Assembly: GCA_014727835.1 (NCBI GenBank)
Contig: WJMT01000102.1
Coordinates: 660 to 64,659, forward strand
Length of the DNA: 64,000 nucleotides
From: Candidatus Aminicenantes bacterium
Lineage (GTDB): Bacteria > Acidobacteriota > Aminicenantia > Aminicenantales > Aminicenantaceae
Direction of reading: 5' to 3'
Of the stretch, positions 17,136 to 26,379 are shown piece by piece. The translations under genes and the position numbers were made by a program. Below the pieces are notes generated by a model. The model saw only the letters and a list, made by a program, of their open reading frames with translations, was not told the origin of the DNA and did no database searches. Numbering within the stretch: position 1 is the stretch's first letter; each line of letters opens with the position of its first letter.

Positions 17136-19976
17136 ATGCGGAGAATCGGAAAATGTTTTTTGGTGATATGGGCCGTTTTTTTTCTGGTATTGAGTGTCTC
17201 ATGGACTCAGCAGAAAAAGCCCTTAACTCATGAGGTCTATGATTCATGGAAGTCCATTTATGGATCAGAAATATCCGCAGATGGAAACTGGATTTTATAT
17301 TTGGAAACACCCCAGGACGGGGATGCTGAAGTGGTGGTGGTCAAGCTGTCCGGAGTCAAAGAACTGCGTCACACCATCGGCTACTCAGGAGAAGGCACGG
17401 ATTCAGAACGAGCTGCTGATGCTCAGTTCAGTTATGACTCCTCCCATGTGGTGTTTATCATATCTCCCTCTCAGGAAGAAGTGGAAAAAGCAAAAGACAA
17501 GAAGGAGAAGAAAAATAAGAAACCCAAAAAAAGATTGGGGATCCTGGATCTATCAAATGGAGAGACCAAGGTCATTGAAAGGGTCAAAAGCTTTAACCTT
17601 CCCGAGGAAGCCGGAGGATGGGTGGCATATTTGATGGAAGCCCCTGAAGAAAAGGAAGAACAAAAGGAAAAGGAGAAAGGAGAAGAGAAGGAAGAAGAGC
17701 CCCAAGAAGAACAGGAGGAAGAAAAAGAGGACAAAAAGAAAGAATACGGGACTCCCCTGGTGCTGCATTCTCTTGCTGACGGAAGTGAAACCGTTTTGGA
17801 TTCTGTGTTGAATTACCGGTTCACCAAAGACGCAGAATATCTGATTTATTCAGTCTCTAGTGAAGACAAACCGGAAACTGATGGAGTCTATATCCTCAAA
17901 GCAGGGCAGGAAGACAGCATGCCTCTTTTGACCGGAGAAGGAAATTTTAAAAAATGGACTATGGATGAAGAGGAAACTCGCCTGGCTTTCTTGACGGATA
18001 GAGATGACTATGATGCTGAGGAACCCACCTTTAATTTATACGGATGGAATGTGGGGGATGACCAAGCCTCTCTCTGGGTCTCACACACATCCACTCCCGG
18101 CTTTCCGGAAGGAATGGCGGTCAGTGACAAGTCAGATGTTTCTTTCACCAAAGACGGATGGATGGTGATGTTTGGGATCAAAGAGATTCCGGAGCCCAAG
18201 AAAGATGAGGAGAACTCTGAGGAAGAAAAGGCCCAATTTGATCTCTGGCATTGGAATGACCCTCTTCCTCAGCCTCAACAGAAAAAGATGGCAGATGAAG
18301 TGAGAAACAACACCTGGGAATCTGTTTATCATCTCAAAAGCAACAAATTCGTGAAATTGGCAGATGAAGACATCCCGGATGTCCGAATCTCTGAAAACGG
18401 CAAAATCGCTTTTGGACAGACGATCTGGCCCTATGCCAAACGCATCTCTTATTTTGGTTCGTTTTATGATGTGTATGTAGTGGATCCGCACACCGGCGAG
18501 AAGACCCTGGTCAAAGAGGAGCTGTATCACAATGCCCGGCTGTCTCCTGGAGCCAAGTATGTCTACTGGTTTGAGGATAAAGACTGGCACGTCTATGACA
18601 TTGCCTCTGGCAGGACAAAGAATGTGACCAAAGACATTGAGGTGCCTTTTGACAGGCAGGATTGGGATACACCCAGTCCCCCCTATCCTTATGGTGTGGC
18701 TGGTTGGACAGAGGGTGACAGCTCCATCCTGATTTATGACCAGTTTGACATCTGGCAGATCGAGCCGGACAGTACAGAGGTCCGCCTGATCACAGAGGGA
18801 TTCGGGAGGGAAAACAACTTATCTTTCCGTTATGTTCGCTTGGACCCAGAGGAAGAGACCATTGACGCCAAAGAAAAGCTGTTGTTTCGAGTGACCGATG
18901 AAGAGACCATGGCCAGAGGATTTTATTCAGATCGCGTGCAGGGCAAAAAACGGCCTCAAAAATTGATTATGGAAGACAAGTATTTCGGGTATCCTGAAAA
19001 AGCTGAGAATTCAGATACTCTCATGCTCAGTCGGATGGCATTTGATGAGTTTCCCGATGTTTGGATCAGTGATATGAGCTTTTCAAACCTTCAGAAAATC
19101 ACAGACCTTGGCCGTCAGATGGAACCTTATATATGGGGAAAGGCAGAGCTTCGAGATTTTAAAAGTTCAGATGGCATGCCGCTCAAAGGGATCCTTATCA
19201 AACCAGATGATTTTGATCCTGATAAAAAGTATCCCCTCATGGTCTATATCTATGAGACCCTCCACAATGGCATCCATTACTTTCGCAATCCTTCCCCTGG
19301 CACGTCCATAAACATGCCTTACTATGTGAGCAACGGCTATGTCATTTGGATGCCTGATATCGAGTATCATACCGGGTATCCGGGAAAAGATGCGCTGAAA
19401 TGTGTGCTCCCTGGAATCCATATGCTGATCAGGGAAGGATACATTGATCCGGATTCGATCGGGATCCAGGGTCACTCATGGGGTGGGTATCAAATTTCTT
19501 ACATGATCACTCAAACCAACATATTTGCAGCAGCTGAAGGAGGGGCTCCGGTTTCAAACATGGTTTCAGCTTACAACGGAATCCGGTGGGGAAGTGGCAT
19601 GGTCCGTCAGTTTCAGTATGAACACACACAGAGTCGACTGGGAGGTTCATTGTGGGAATATCCTTTCCGCTACATTGAGAATTCCCCTATTTTTTGGGCA
19701 GACAAGATCCAGACTCCCATTATGTTCATGCACAATGACGAGGACGGAGCTGTGCCGTGGTATCAGGGAATCGAGTTCATCATGGCCCTTAGAAGACTTC
19801 AAAAAGAAGCTTATATGTTCAACTACAATGGTGAGCCTCACGGTCTTCGGAAAAGGGTTAATCAAAAGGACTGGACCATCCGGATGCAGCAGTTCTTTGA
19901 TCATTATCTCAAAGACGCTCCCAAGCCGGGCTGGATGAAAAATGGGATCAAAGCCTGGGATAAAGAAAAGGATTGA
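17136..19976 (+). CDS. S9 family serine peptidase (prolyl oligopeptidase/DPP-like) with an N-terminal beta-propeller region
   Basis: AGGAGG precedes the ATG at 17136, followed by a signal peptide. Catalytic GHSWGG, then HNDEDGAVPW and GEPHGL (Ser-Asp-His order). Two K/E-rich low-complexity inserts. Confidence 0.88.
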   Translation: MRRIGKCFLVIWAVFFLVLSVSWTQQKKPLTHEVYDSWKSIYGSEISADGNWILYLETPQDGDAEVVVVKLSGVKELRHTIGYSGEGTDSERAADAQFSYDSSHVVFIISPSQEEVEKAKDKKEKKNKKPKKRLGILDLSNGETKVIERVKSFNLPEEAGGWVAYLMEAPEEKEEQKEKEKGEEKEEEPQEEQEEEKEDKKKEYGTPLVLHSLADGSETVLDSVLNYRFTKDAEYLIYSVSSEDKPETDGVYILKAGQEDSMPLLTGEGNFKKWTMDEEETRLAFLTDRDDYDAEEPTFNLYGWNVGDDQASLWVSHTSTPGFPEGMAVSDKSDVSFTKDGWMVMFGIKEIPEPKKDEENSEEEKAQFDLWHWNDPLPQPQQKKMADEVRNNTWESVYHLKSNKFVKLADEDIPDVRISENGKIAFGQTIWPYAKRISYFGSFYDVYVVDPHTGEKTLVKEELYHNARLSPGAKYVYWFEDKDWHVYDIASGRTKNVTKDIEVPFDRQDWDTPSPPYPYGVAGWTEGDSSILIYDQFDIWQIEPDSTEVRLITEGFGRENNLSFRYVRLDPEEETIDAKEKLLFRVTDEETMARGFYSDRVQGKKRPQKLIMEDKYFGYPEKAENSDTLMLSRMAFDEFPDVWISDMSFSNLQKITDLGRQMEPYIWGKAELRDFKSSDGMPLKGILIKPDDFDPDKKYPLMVYIYETLHNGIHYFRNPSPGTSINMPYYVSNGYVIWMPDIEYHTGYPGKDALKCVLPGIHMLIREGYIDPDSIGIQGHSWGGYQISYMITQTNIFAAAEGGAPVSNMVSAYNGIRWGSGMVRQFQYEHTQSRLGGSLWEYPFRYIENSPIFWADKIQTPIMFMHNDEDGAVPWYQGIEFIMALRRLQKEAYMFNYNGEPHGLRKRVNQKDWTIRMQQFFDHYLKDAPKPGWMKNGIKAWDKEKD

Positions 19977-20000
19977 CCAGGCTTTTATGGAGAGATTCTT

Positions 20001-20708
20001 ATGAACCGTTCAGTGCAGAAAATAGGGGCATTTTTTGTTGGGTTCCTGTTTTTAGTAACCTCTCTTCTGTTCCCAGAAGAAGGTCAGGGGATACAAAAAA
20101 TCGAGAAATCCATACAAGTCCTCCATGAATTGATTGAACTTCCCGAGGAAGGAATTCCTGAAGCTCTTCTGGAAAAAGCATACGGCATCGCTGTTATACC
20201 AGGTGTGTTCAAGGCAGCCTATGTTTTGGGAGGACAGTACGGAAAAGGGATTCTTGTGATCCGCGGCAAAGACGGGACTTGGAGCAATCCCTGTTTTATA
20301 AAGATCATGGGCGGAAGTTATGGATATCAAATAGGAGTCAGCAGATCAGATGTGATACTGGTTTTTAAGAGCAGAGAAAGCATTGAGGGGATCACCGAAG
20401 GCAAATTCACTTTAGGAGCAGACGCCGGAATATCCGCAGGGCCGGTGGGCAGAAGAGCGGAAGGAAGCACTGATTTCAAATTTGAGGCAGAGATCTATTC
20501 CTATTCCAAAAGCAAAGGGATTTTTGCTGGAGTTTCTGTTCAGGGCTCTTCCATTCAGATCGATTATGAAGCCAACGCTGATTTCTATGGAACCTATAAA
20601 TATTCCCCCCTGGATATTTTGGAGAAAAAACACATCCCTGCTCCAGCTATCGCTGGAAAATTGAAAGCAGTCCTGTCCAGTTACACCCGGACTTCTATAT
20701 GGATTTAA
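20001..20708 (+). CDS. SYLF (Ysc84/DUF500) lipid-binding domain protein, secreted
   Basis: Signal peptide. GIAVIPGVFKAAYVLGGQYGKGILVIR..WSNPCFIKIMGGSYGYQIG..GADAGISAGPVGR matches my memory of the SYLF family. Confidence 0.75.
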   Translation: MNRSVQKIGAFFVGFLFLVTSLLFPEEGQGIQKIEKSIQVLHELIELPEEGIPEALLEKAYGIAVIPGVFKAAYVLGGQYGKGILVIRGKDGTWSNPCFIKIMGGSYGYQIGVSRSDVILVFKSRESIEGITEGKFTLGADAGISAGPVGRRAEGSTDFKFEAEIYSYSKSKGIFAGVSVQGSSIQIDYEANADFYGTYKYSPLDILEKKHIPAPAIAGKLKAVLSSYTRTSIWI

Positions 20709-20719
20709 GACTTCTGTGC

Positions 20720-21994
20720 TTAGTTTGATTGTTTATGGCCGGATTTGAGTCTTTGGTATTCTTTTTTCATTTGATCCAGGTCTTGGGCGAGCTCAAAAAA
20801 TCCGTGCCAGTGGGCGTAGTCCTGGCCCATCATAGCTGTCCCCATCCTTGCTCTGCGGCCCTCATGGTGCCACAGGTGATAGAAAATCAACTCGATTTCA
20901 TCGTCCCATGGATTGTCCTTTGTGATGAGATTGAGTTCATAAAGCTCGTCTATCATGGTTTTAGCAGGCTTGTAGTATTTTTCATTATAAGTTTGGATGG
21001 CAAGGTCGTACTGGTTGTAGAATCCATTGACCCATGAAGGGCTGTGGCAGCTCAAACAGACTTTTTTCATCATCAATCGGTTTTTTTCCCAATCAGCAGT
21101 GCGCACACTGAGAGGCCGTTCAGCCTGCCAGGAAAGACGCAGAGAAATGTTATGGGAGGTGGAAAGGTCGCTGATTCCAGACATATGACAGACAGCGCAG
21201 GTGGGAGCGGAATAATCTCCGGGTTCCCAGGCATCTGGGGCGCTGTCCCAGGTCCAGCTGTCTCCCTCAGCACGAGTTCGCTTGCCGTGTTTGGATTCCT
21301 CCCAGATTTCGATTTGGGGATGATCAGGACCCATATGGCAGGCTCCGCAGGTGTCTCCTTTTCTGGCTTCCACTATGCTGAAAAGATGACGGGTGTGACA
21401 GGAGGTGCAGTTTCCCGAAGAACCGTCAGGATTGACTCTGCCGATTCCTTCCTGGGGATAGTGATCTCCTCCAGGACGTCCCTTGTCAAATTCAATGATT
21501 CCGCCGTGGCATTGGACACATCCTGTGGCTTCGGGTGCTGTAGAACCTTTGCCCTCCCAGTCTATGGACATGCTTTTCAGTTTCTTGATGGAATCATATC
21601 CAATGGCATGGTCACTGGCCGCAAACTGTTCTGCCTCAACAGGATGACAGCGTGAGCAGTCCTTTGGAGTGGGTACAGAGGTGATGTGGACTTTTGTGCG
21701 GCGAAGGCCTTGGCACTGAAAGGAGTCTGTTTCATTCTTATCTGCTTGATGGCAGTCTAAACAGGTCACATTAGAGCGGCCATGGAGGCTGTTCTTCCAG
21801 TCAAGCACAATGAGCGGGTTTTGGTCTTGATGGCATGTGATGCAGTCTTTGCTGATTTGGCTGATTCCGCGGTTGACTTCAATGACTTTTTGGTTGAGGG
21901 ATCCCATGGTCTCTTGTTTTGAACTCAATGTCCAACCCATAATACCGAGGGATATGGACAAGATGACTATGAGCACATAATGAATTTGTTTCAT
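20720..21994 (-). CDS. octahaem cytochrome c of the hydroxylamine oxidoreductase (HAO) family, short form
   Basis: Eight CxxCH sites: CITCH, CLDCH, CSRCH, CVQCH, CTSCH, CGACH, CAVCH, CLSCH. HAO-like segments CGACHMGPDHPQIEIWEESKHG and WHHEGRRARMG..DYAHWHG. N-terminal membrane anchor or signal. GAGGAGG SD. Confidence 0.88.
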   Translation of the reverse strand: MKQIHYVLIVILSISLGIMGWTLSSKQETMGSLNQKVIEVNRGISQISKDCITCHQDQNPLIVLDWKNSLHGRSNVTCLDCHQADKNETDSFQCQGLRRTKVHITSVPTPKDCSRCHPVEAEQFAASDHAIGYDSIKKLKSMSIDWEGKGSTAPEATGCVQCHGGIIEFDKGRPGGDHYPQEGIGRVNPDGSSGNCTSCHTRHLFSIVEARKGDTCGACHMGPDHPQIEIWEESKHGKRTRAEGDSWTWDSAPDAWEPGDYSAPTCAVCHMSGISDLSTSHNISLRLSWQAERPLSVRTADWEKNRLMMKKVCLSCHSPSWVNGFYNQYDLAIQTYNEKYYKPAKTMIDELYELNLITKDNPWDDEIELIFYHLWHHEGRRARMGTAMMGQDYAHWHGFFELAQDLDQMKKEYQRLKSGHKQSN

Positions 21995-22029
21995 AGCTCC
22001 TCCTCATTGAAACAAGGAATTTTTTCTAT

Positions 22030-22587
22030 TTATTCATAAGATTTTTTAATGTGTTTGTCTGTGAACAGAATGGGGGTGTTGTAGTGAACCATTTTCTCAT
22101 GACAGTCCCAGCACTTTTTTTGGATTGTGCTGTTCTGCCATTCACGGTGGGCAAGGAAACCTCCACGATTGATACTGGGAGGAGTGAGGTCTTGATGGCA
22201 TGTGATGCAGGCGTCTTCAAAAAGGTAATTCTGTTTGGTGTGGGTTTTTTCTTCCCAACTGATTTTTGAAGGATCTCCAAGATAATGAACCACCACATCT
22301 CGAAGCCCGGAATAGGCTTTGTAGGAATAGCGGGAAAGACCAGAAGCTGGCAGGTGACAGTCCACACAGTCTGCCACCACCCCATAGGGATTGACGGAAT
22401 GGCTTGACATTTCCCAAGTCTTCACCCGCACCTGCATTTCATGGCATCTCCCACAGAATGTGTTGGTCCCGGTGAGATTAAAGCTGAGATGAGTGAAGCC
22501 GATAAAGAACAGAGTCACAAATATCCCCACTAGAAACGTGACCACATACTTCCATTTTTTGATGAGCCAGCGAAAAAAGCGCATCAT
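22030..22587 (-). CDS. NapC/NirT/NrfH-family tetrahaem membrane quinol dehydrogenase
   Basis: N-terminal TM helix plus four CxxCH sites (CGRCH, CVDCH, CITCH, CWDCH). Lies 35 nt upstream of the HAO-like gene on the same strand. Confidence 0.88.
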   Translation of the reverse strand: MMRFFRWLIKKWKYVVTFLVGIFVTLFFIGFTHLSFNLTGTNTFCGRCHEMQVRVKTWEMSSHSVNPYGVVADCVDCHLPASGLSRYSYKAYSGLRDVVVHYLGDPSKISWEEKTHTKQNYLFEDACITCHQDLTPPSINRGGFLAHREWQNSTIQKKCWDCHEKMVHYNTPILFTDKHIKKSYE

Positions 22588-22614
22588 TTTGTTTTATCCG
22601 AAGTTGCTGACATT

Positions 22615-22642
22615 AGTATAGTGAAACGGGAGGGATAGTCAA
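22615..22642 (-). promoter_or_regulatory. sigma70-like promoter for the nrfH-like/HAO-like operon
   Basis: On the minus strand: TTGACT (22642-22637), 16-nt spacer, TATACT (22620-22615), about 28 nt upstream of the start codon. Confidence 0.4.
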
Positions 22643-22736
22643 CAATTAATATCGTCGGAGGGCCTGATGCTTGCATTACAGCAGTTGAATTGATAAAGTG
22701 AATGTCTAATCATTCCTTTTAAATAGGAGGAGTTTT

Positions 22737-23270
22737 ATGAAACCCAGAGGCCCTTTAATGATAGAACACCGTCTTATAGAGAAAATGATATCTTTGATCG
22801 AAAATGAGATCTCCAAAATTGCAGATACTGGAAAAACATACCCTGATTTCATTGATACGGCTGTGGATTTCATCCGCACCTATGCTGACCGCACTCACCA
22901 CGGCAAAGAGGAAGACATCTTGTTTCGCGAATGTAAAAAAAAGACCATGTCCCCACAAGACACCCAGGTTATGAATGAACTCATTGATGAGCATAAATTC
23001 GGAAGAAAAGTGGTGGGTGAACTGGTGAAAGCCAGACAAGAATACGTTAAAGAGGGCCGCAGCCTGGAAACCATTGCAGACAAACTCCAGACTTTGGTTG
23101 ATTTTTATCCCAAACACATCAAAAAAGAGGATGATGTGTTTTTTCCTCATTCTGAAAAGTACTTCTCAGCAGATGAACAGCAGCTCCTGCTCCAAGAGTT
23201 TTGGGAGTTTGACAAAAACATGATCCATGAGAAGTACAAAGCAGTGGTTGAACAGCTTAAAAACAAGTGA
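22737..23270 (+). CDS. hemerythrin-like (HHE cation-binding) domain protein
   Basis: AGGAGG SD. His/Glu/Asp ligand pattern: MIEHRLIE, HHGKEEDILF, DEHKFG, HIKKEDDVFF. Confidence 0.8.
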   Translation: MKPRGPLMIEHRLIEKMISLIENEISKIADTGKTYPDFIDTAVDFIRTYADRTHHGKEEDILFRECKKKTMSPQDTQVMNELIDEHKFGRKVVGELVKARQEYVKEGRSLETIADKLQTLVDFYPKHIKKEDDVFFPHSEKYFSADEQQLLLQEFWEFDKNMIHEKYKAVVEQLKNK

Positions 23271-24394
23271 TTTATAAAAAGCTGGCCCGTCATCTGGATG
23301 ACCTTCCAGGGGGATTTCCGGAAACCAAAAGCGGAGTGGAACTTCGCATTCTGCGCCGGATGTTCACTCCGGAGCAAGCCCGGCTTGCACTCAAACTCAC
23401 TTTAATCCCAGAGCAAACTGACGTGATCGCAAAGCGGGCCAAAATCCCTGTCAAAAAGGCATCGGATCTGCTTGAACAGATGGCTAAAAAAGGCCTCATC
23501 TACCGTTTGAAAAGGAAAGGCCAGCCGGCTCGCTTTATGGCGGTTCAGTTTGTCATCGGGATCTGGGAGCTTCATGTCAATGACCTGGACCCGGATCTGA
23601 TCCGGGATTTCAATGAATACGCACCAACCTTATTCGATTTTGATGAGTGGAAGAAGGCGCCCCAGCTGAGAACCATTCCGGTTGAACAGAGTATCAGGGC
23701 AGATTTGGAGGTCCTCCCCTATGAGGATGCAGCGAAGCTGATCCAAAGCCGGTCCAAATTTTTGGAAGCTCCCTGTATCTGCAGAAAAGAACGCCGTATT
23801 ATGGGGGAAGGATGCGGCAAAACAGAGGGGAACTGTTTGATTATGGGAGTGGGAGTGGAGATATACAAGAATGTGGGGATTGGAAAAGAGATCAGTCAAA
23901 AGCAAGCCCTGGAGCTGATCAAAAAAGCAGATAAAGAAGGATTGGTTCTTCAGGCCAGTTTTTCGAAAAAGATCGCCAATATATGCTGCTGCTGCGGCTG
24001 CTGCTGTCAGGTTCTCAAAAGTTTTAAAAAGCATGCCATGCCTTCCAGTCTGGTAGCATCAGCTTTTGTTGCTCAGTGGGATCCGGATGCGTGCACAGGC
24101 TGCGGAGAGTGTGTGGATCGTTGCCAGATGGATGCAATCCGAATGGATGATGGTATAGCTGTATTGGATGCCGACAAATGCATTGGCTGCGGCTTGTGTG
24201 TTTCTTCCTGCTCCAGCCAGGCTCTCTTTTTAAAAAGAAAGCCCGGCCCTGAGAGTCCCAAAATTCCGGAAAAATTGACCCATGCGGCGGTCAAAAGACT
24301 TCGAGTGAGAGGGAAACTCGGACGGGGAAAAGTCAGTTCGCTGCTTTTGCGCTCCCAGAAAGCCCGGCCCTTTTCAAAGGGGAAAAGGGCCTAA
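23267..24394 (+). CDS. Fe-S protein: N-terminal helical domain, Cys-run region, and a C-terminal 2x[4Fe-4S] ferredoxin domain
   Basis: GTG start overlaps the upstream stop (GTGA). CTGCGECVDRC and CIGCGLCVSSC dicluster motifs. Additional Cys blocks PCICRKERRIMGEGCG..GNC and ICCCCGCCCQ. Confidence 0.8.
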   Translation: MIYKKLARHLDDLPGGFPETKSGVELRILRRMFTPEQARLALKLTLIPEQTDVIAKRAKIPVKKASDLLEQMAKKGLIYRLKRKGQPARFMAVQFVIGIWELHVNDLDPDLIRDFNEYAPTLFDFDEWKKAPQLRTIPVEQSIRADLEVLPYEDAAKLIQSRSKFLEAPCICRKERRIMGEGCGKTEGNCLIMGVGVEIYKNVGIGKEISQKQALELIKKADKEGLVLQASFSKKIANICCCCGCCCQVLKSFKKHAMPSSLVASAFVAQWDPDACTGCGECVDRCQMDAIRMDDGIAVLDADKCIGCGLCVSSCSSQALFLKRKPGPESPKIPEKLTHAAVKRLRVRGKLGRGKVSSLLLRSQKARPFSKGKRA

Positions 24395-24402
24395 GCAAGG
24401 AC

Positions 24403-26379
24403 TCACTTCTTTTCTTTTTTGCTTAAAACAGCAGCCCATCCTCCACCCGAAGCCATTTTTATATGGAGAGGGCTTTCTGCACTCACTTCTTTCTTGGTCT
24501 TTTTGTAATCCTCAGCATGTCTGTGCGCGTTGATGCCGTCTTCCATGATTTCAGCGCTGTAAGTCCCTTGGTCCAAGAAAGAAAGATCCAGTTCAAATTC
24601 ACGTGGGGTCCAGTTGGTAAGAGCCCCAAGATACCACGTCTCTCCCCTTCTTCTTGCCAAAACAATATATTCGGAGACTTCAGCTTTAAGCACAATGGTC
24701 TCATCCCAAACCACAGGAATATTGGAAATGAATCGAGTGCATTCTGTTTCTTGGTCATAATTCGAAGGGGTGTCACAGAGCATCTGAAGGGGGCTCTCAT
24801 AGACAATATACAGGGCGATCTGATGGCACCGGGTCCCCTGACTCATGGGCCTGGTGTAACGGACCGCGAAATTCAATTTTTGGGCGTTGATCATGGCCCC
24901 GGGTGTGTAGTCCATAGGCCCAGCCACCATCCTGATAAAGGGAAGTGTGAGATCATGTTTGGGCGTGATATCCCGGCTCCACTTGCAGTTTTCAAGTCCT
25001 TTCACCCCTTCATAAGTCAGCACATTGGGGTAAGCTCTGCGCAGGCCTGCTGGTTTGAAAGCGCCATGGAAATCAACCACTAATTTGTGCTTGGCTGCTA
25101 TTTCAGCGGTTCGCTGATAAAAATTGACCATGTATTGGTCTGCTCTCTGCATGAAATCCACTTTCACTCCTTCAGCCCCCCACTGGGCATAAGTGGCCAG
25201 TGTGTTGTCCATGTCCCTGTCCAAAGGTTTCCACAAAAGCCAGAGGATGATGCCGACGTTTTTGTCTCGGCCGTAGGATATGAGCTCTTTGACATTGATT
25301 TCAGGATTGGGCTCTTTGACATTTGTGGTGGTTTTGGACCATCCTTCATCCAGGATGATGTATTCCAGTCCGTATTCAGAAGCGAAATCAATGTAATATT
25401 TGTAGGTCTCTGTGTTGATTCCTGACACAAAGTCCACTCCGTAGATATTGAGTGCATTCCACCAGTCCCATGCCACTTTCCCCGGCCGGATCCATTCGGG
25501 ATTCGATATTTTCAAAGGGCTGGCCAACTGAAAAACAAGGCTGCTTTCCACCAGTGTTTTGGGTTTATCAGTGATCAAAAACACTCTCCATGGAAAGTCA
25601 CGTGTCCCTTTTGTTTTGGCAATGTAGCCTGCTTGTTGGGTGATGACTTCGTAGCGGTCAGGGCTTCTCTCTGCTGGTTTTGTTTCCAAAACGACTTGAG
25701 GGAAGAGTCCCTTGAGTGCATTTTTTTGTGTGCCGGAAAGAAACAGACAGGGATAGTCATACAGATCTGACTCGGTCACCAGTAAATAATGAGAATCCTT
25801 GGTTTGGAGGAGAACTGGAAGGGAACAAAATGTATTTTCAGGGATTTCAGACAGATTTTTCTCCAGATATTTGCGTTCATAATGCGAGATGAGGCTTTCC
25901 TCTTCAGGAAAATAGGATTTAATGTCTTCTGGAAGATGGATTTGAAATTCTTCATTCTTGACAGTGATTTCTTGTGGATATCGTGTGGAAAACCGGTAGG
26001 CCACGCCGTCATTATGAGCCCTGAAAGTGAGAGAATAATCCTGTTCAAAGTCCAGTTTGATGGCATTGCATTCATCTATGATTAGGGATGATTTGTTGGG
26101 AACAACCGGCCTGATTTCATTCTGGACTTTATCCCTATGGATTTTTTTCATGACCGGTTCTTTACCCAGGAATCTGTCCCCTTCAAGAACCAGTGAAACC
26201 GGACTTTTATGGATCAATAGCTTGTTTTTATAATCCACAGACCATTTGATCTGCTGGTCTAAATAAATACGGATTTCAATTTGGCTGTCAGGAGAAGACA
26301 GTTGATATTCTTTAGAGGATGCATTTAAGGGAAAGATAATGATGAGAACGGAAAGAGCCAAAACAGTGGAAAATTTCAT
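24403..26379 (-). CDS. glycoside hydrolase family 97 (alpha-glucosidase/alpha-galactosidase-like), secreted
   Basis: Signal peptide. GH97-typical WIRPGKVAWDWWNALNIYGVDF..GINTETYKYYIDFASEYGLEYIILDEGW, at about 650 aa. GGAGG SD. Confidence 0.88.
   Translation of the reverse strand: MKFSTVLALSVLIIIFPLNASSKEYQLSSPDSQIEIRIYLDQQIKWSVDYKNKLLIHKSPVSLVLEGDRFLGKEPVMKKIHRDKVQNEIRPVVPNKSSLIIDECNAIKLDFEQDYSLTFRAHNDGVAYRFSTRYPQEITVKNEEFQIHLPEDIKSYFPEEESLISHYERKYLEKNLSEIPENTFCSLPVLLQTKDSHYLLVTESDLYDYPCLFLSGTQKNALKGLFPQVVLETKPAERSPDRYEVITQQAGYIAKTKGTRDFPWRVFLITDKPKTLVESSLVFQLASPLKISNPEWIRPGKVAWDWWNALNIYGVDFVSGINTETYKYYIDFASEYGLEYIILDEGWSKTTTNVKEPNPEINVKELISYGRDKNVGIILWLLWKPLDRDMDNTLATYAQWGAEGVKVDFMQRADQYMVNFYQRTAEIAAKHKLVVDFHGAFKPAGLRRAYPNVLTYEGVKGLENCKWSRDITPKHDLTLPFIRMVAGPMDYTPGAMINAQKLNFAVRYTRPMSQGTRCHQIALYIVYESPLQMLCDTPSNYDQETECTRFISNIPVVWDETIVLKAEVSEYIVLARRRGETWYLGALTNWTPREFELDLSFLDQGTYSAEIMEDGINAHRHAEDYKKTKKEVSAESPLHIKMASGGGWAAVLSKKEKK

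Noticed and set aside
17471-17768. Ser/Phe/Leu-rich minus-strand ORFs (87 and 71 aa)
   Set aside because: They are the complement of the polypurine K/E-coding tracts of the S9 peptidase, so they are a compositional artefact.
22588-22736. FNR/CRP- or NsrR-type operator in the divergent nrfH-hemerythrin spacer
   Set aside because: I looked for TTGAT-N4-ATCAA-like or other clear palindromes and found only weak half-sites (ttgaattgataa). This is not enough to call a site without a PWM scan.
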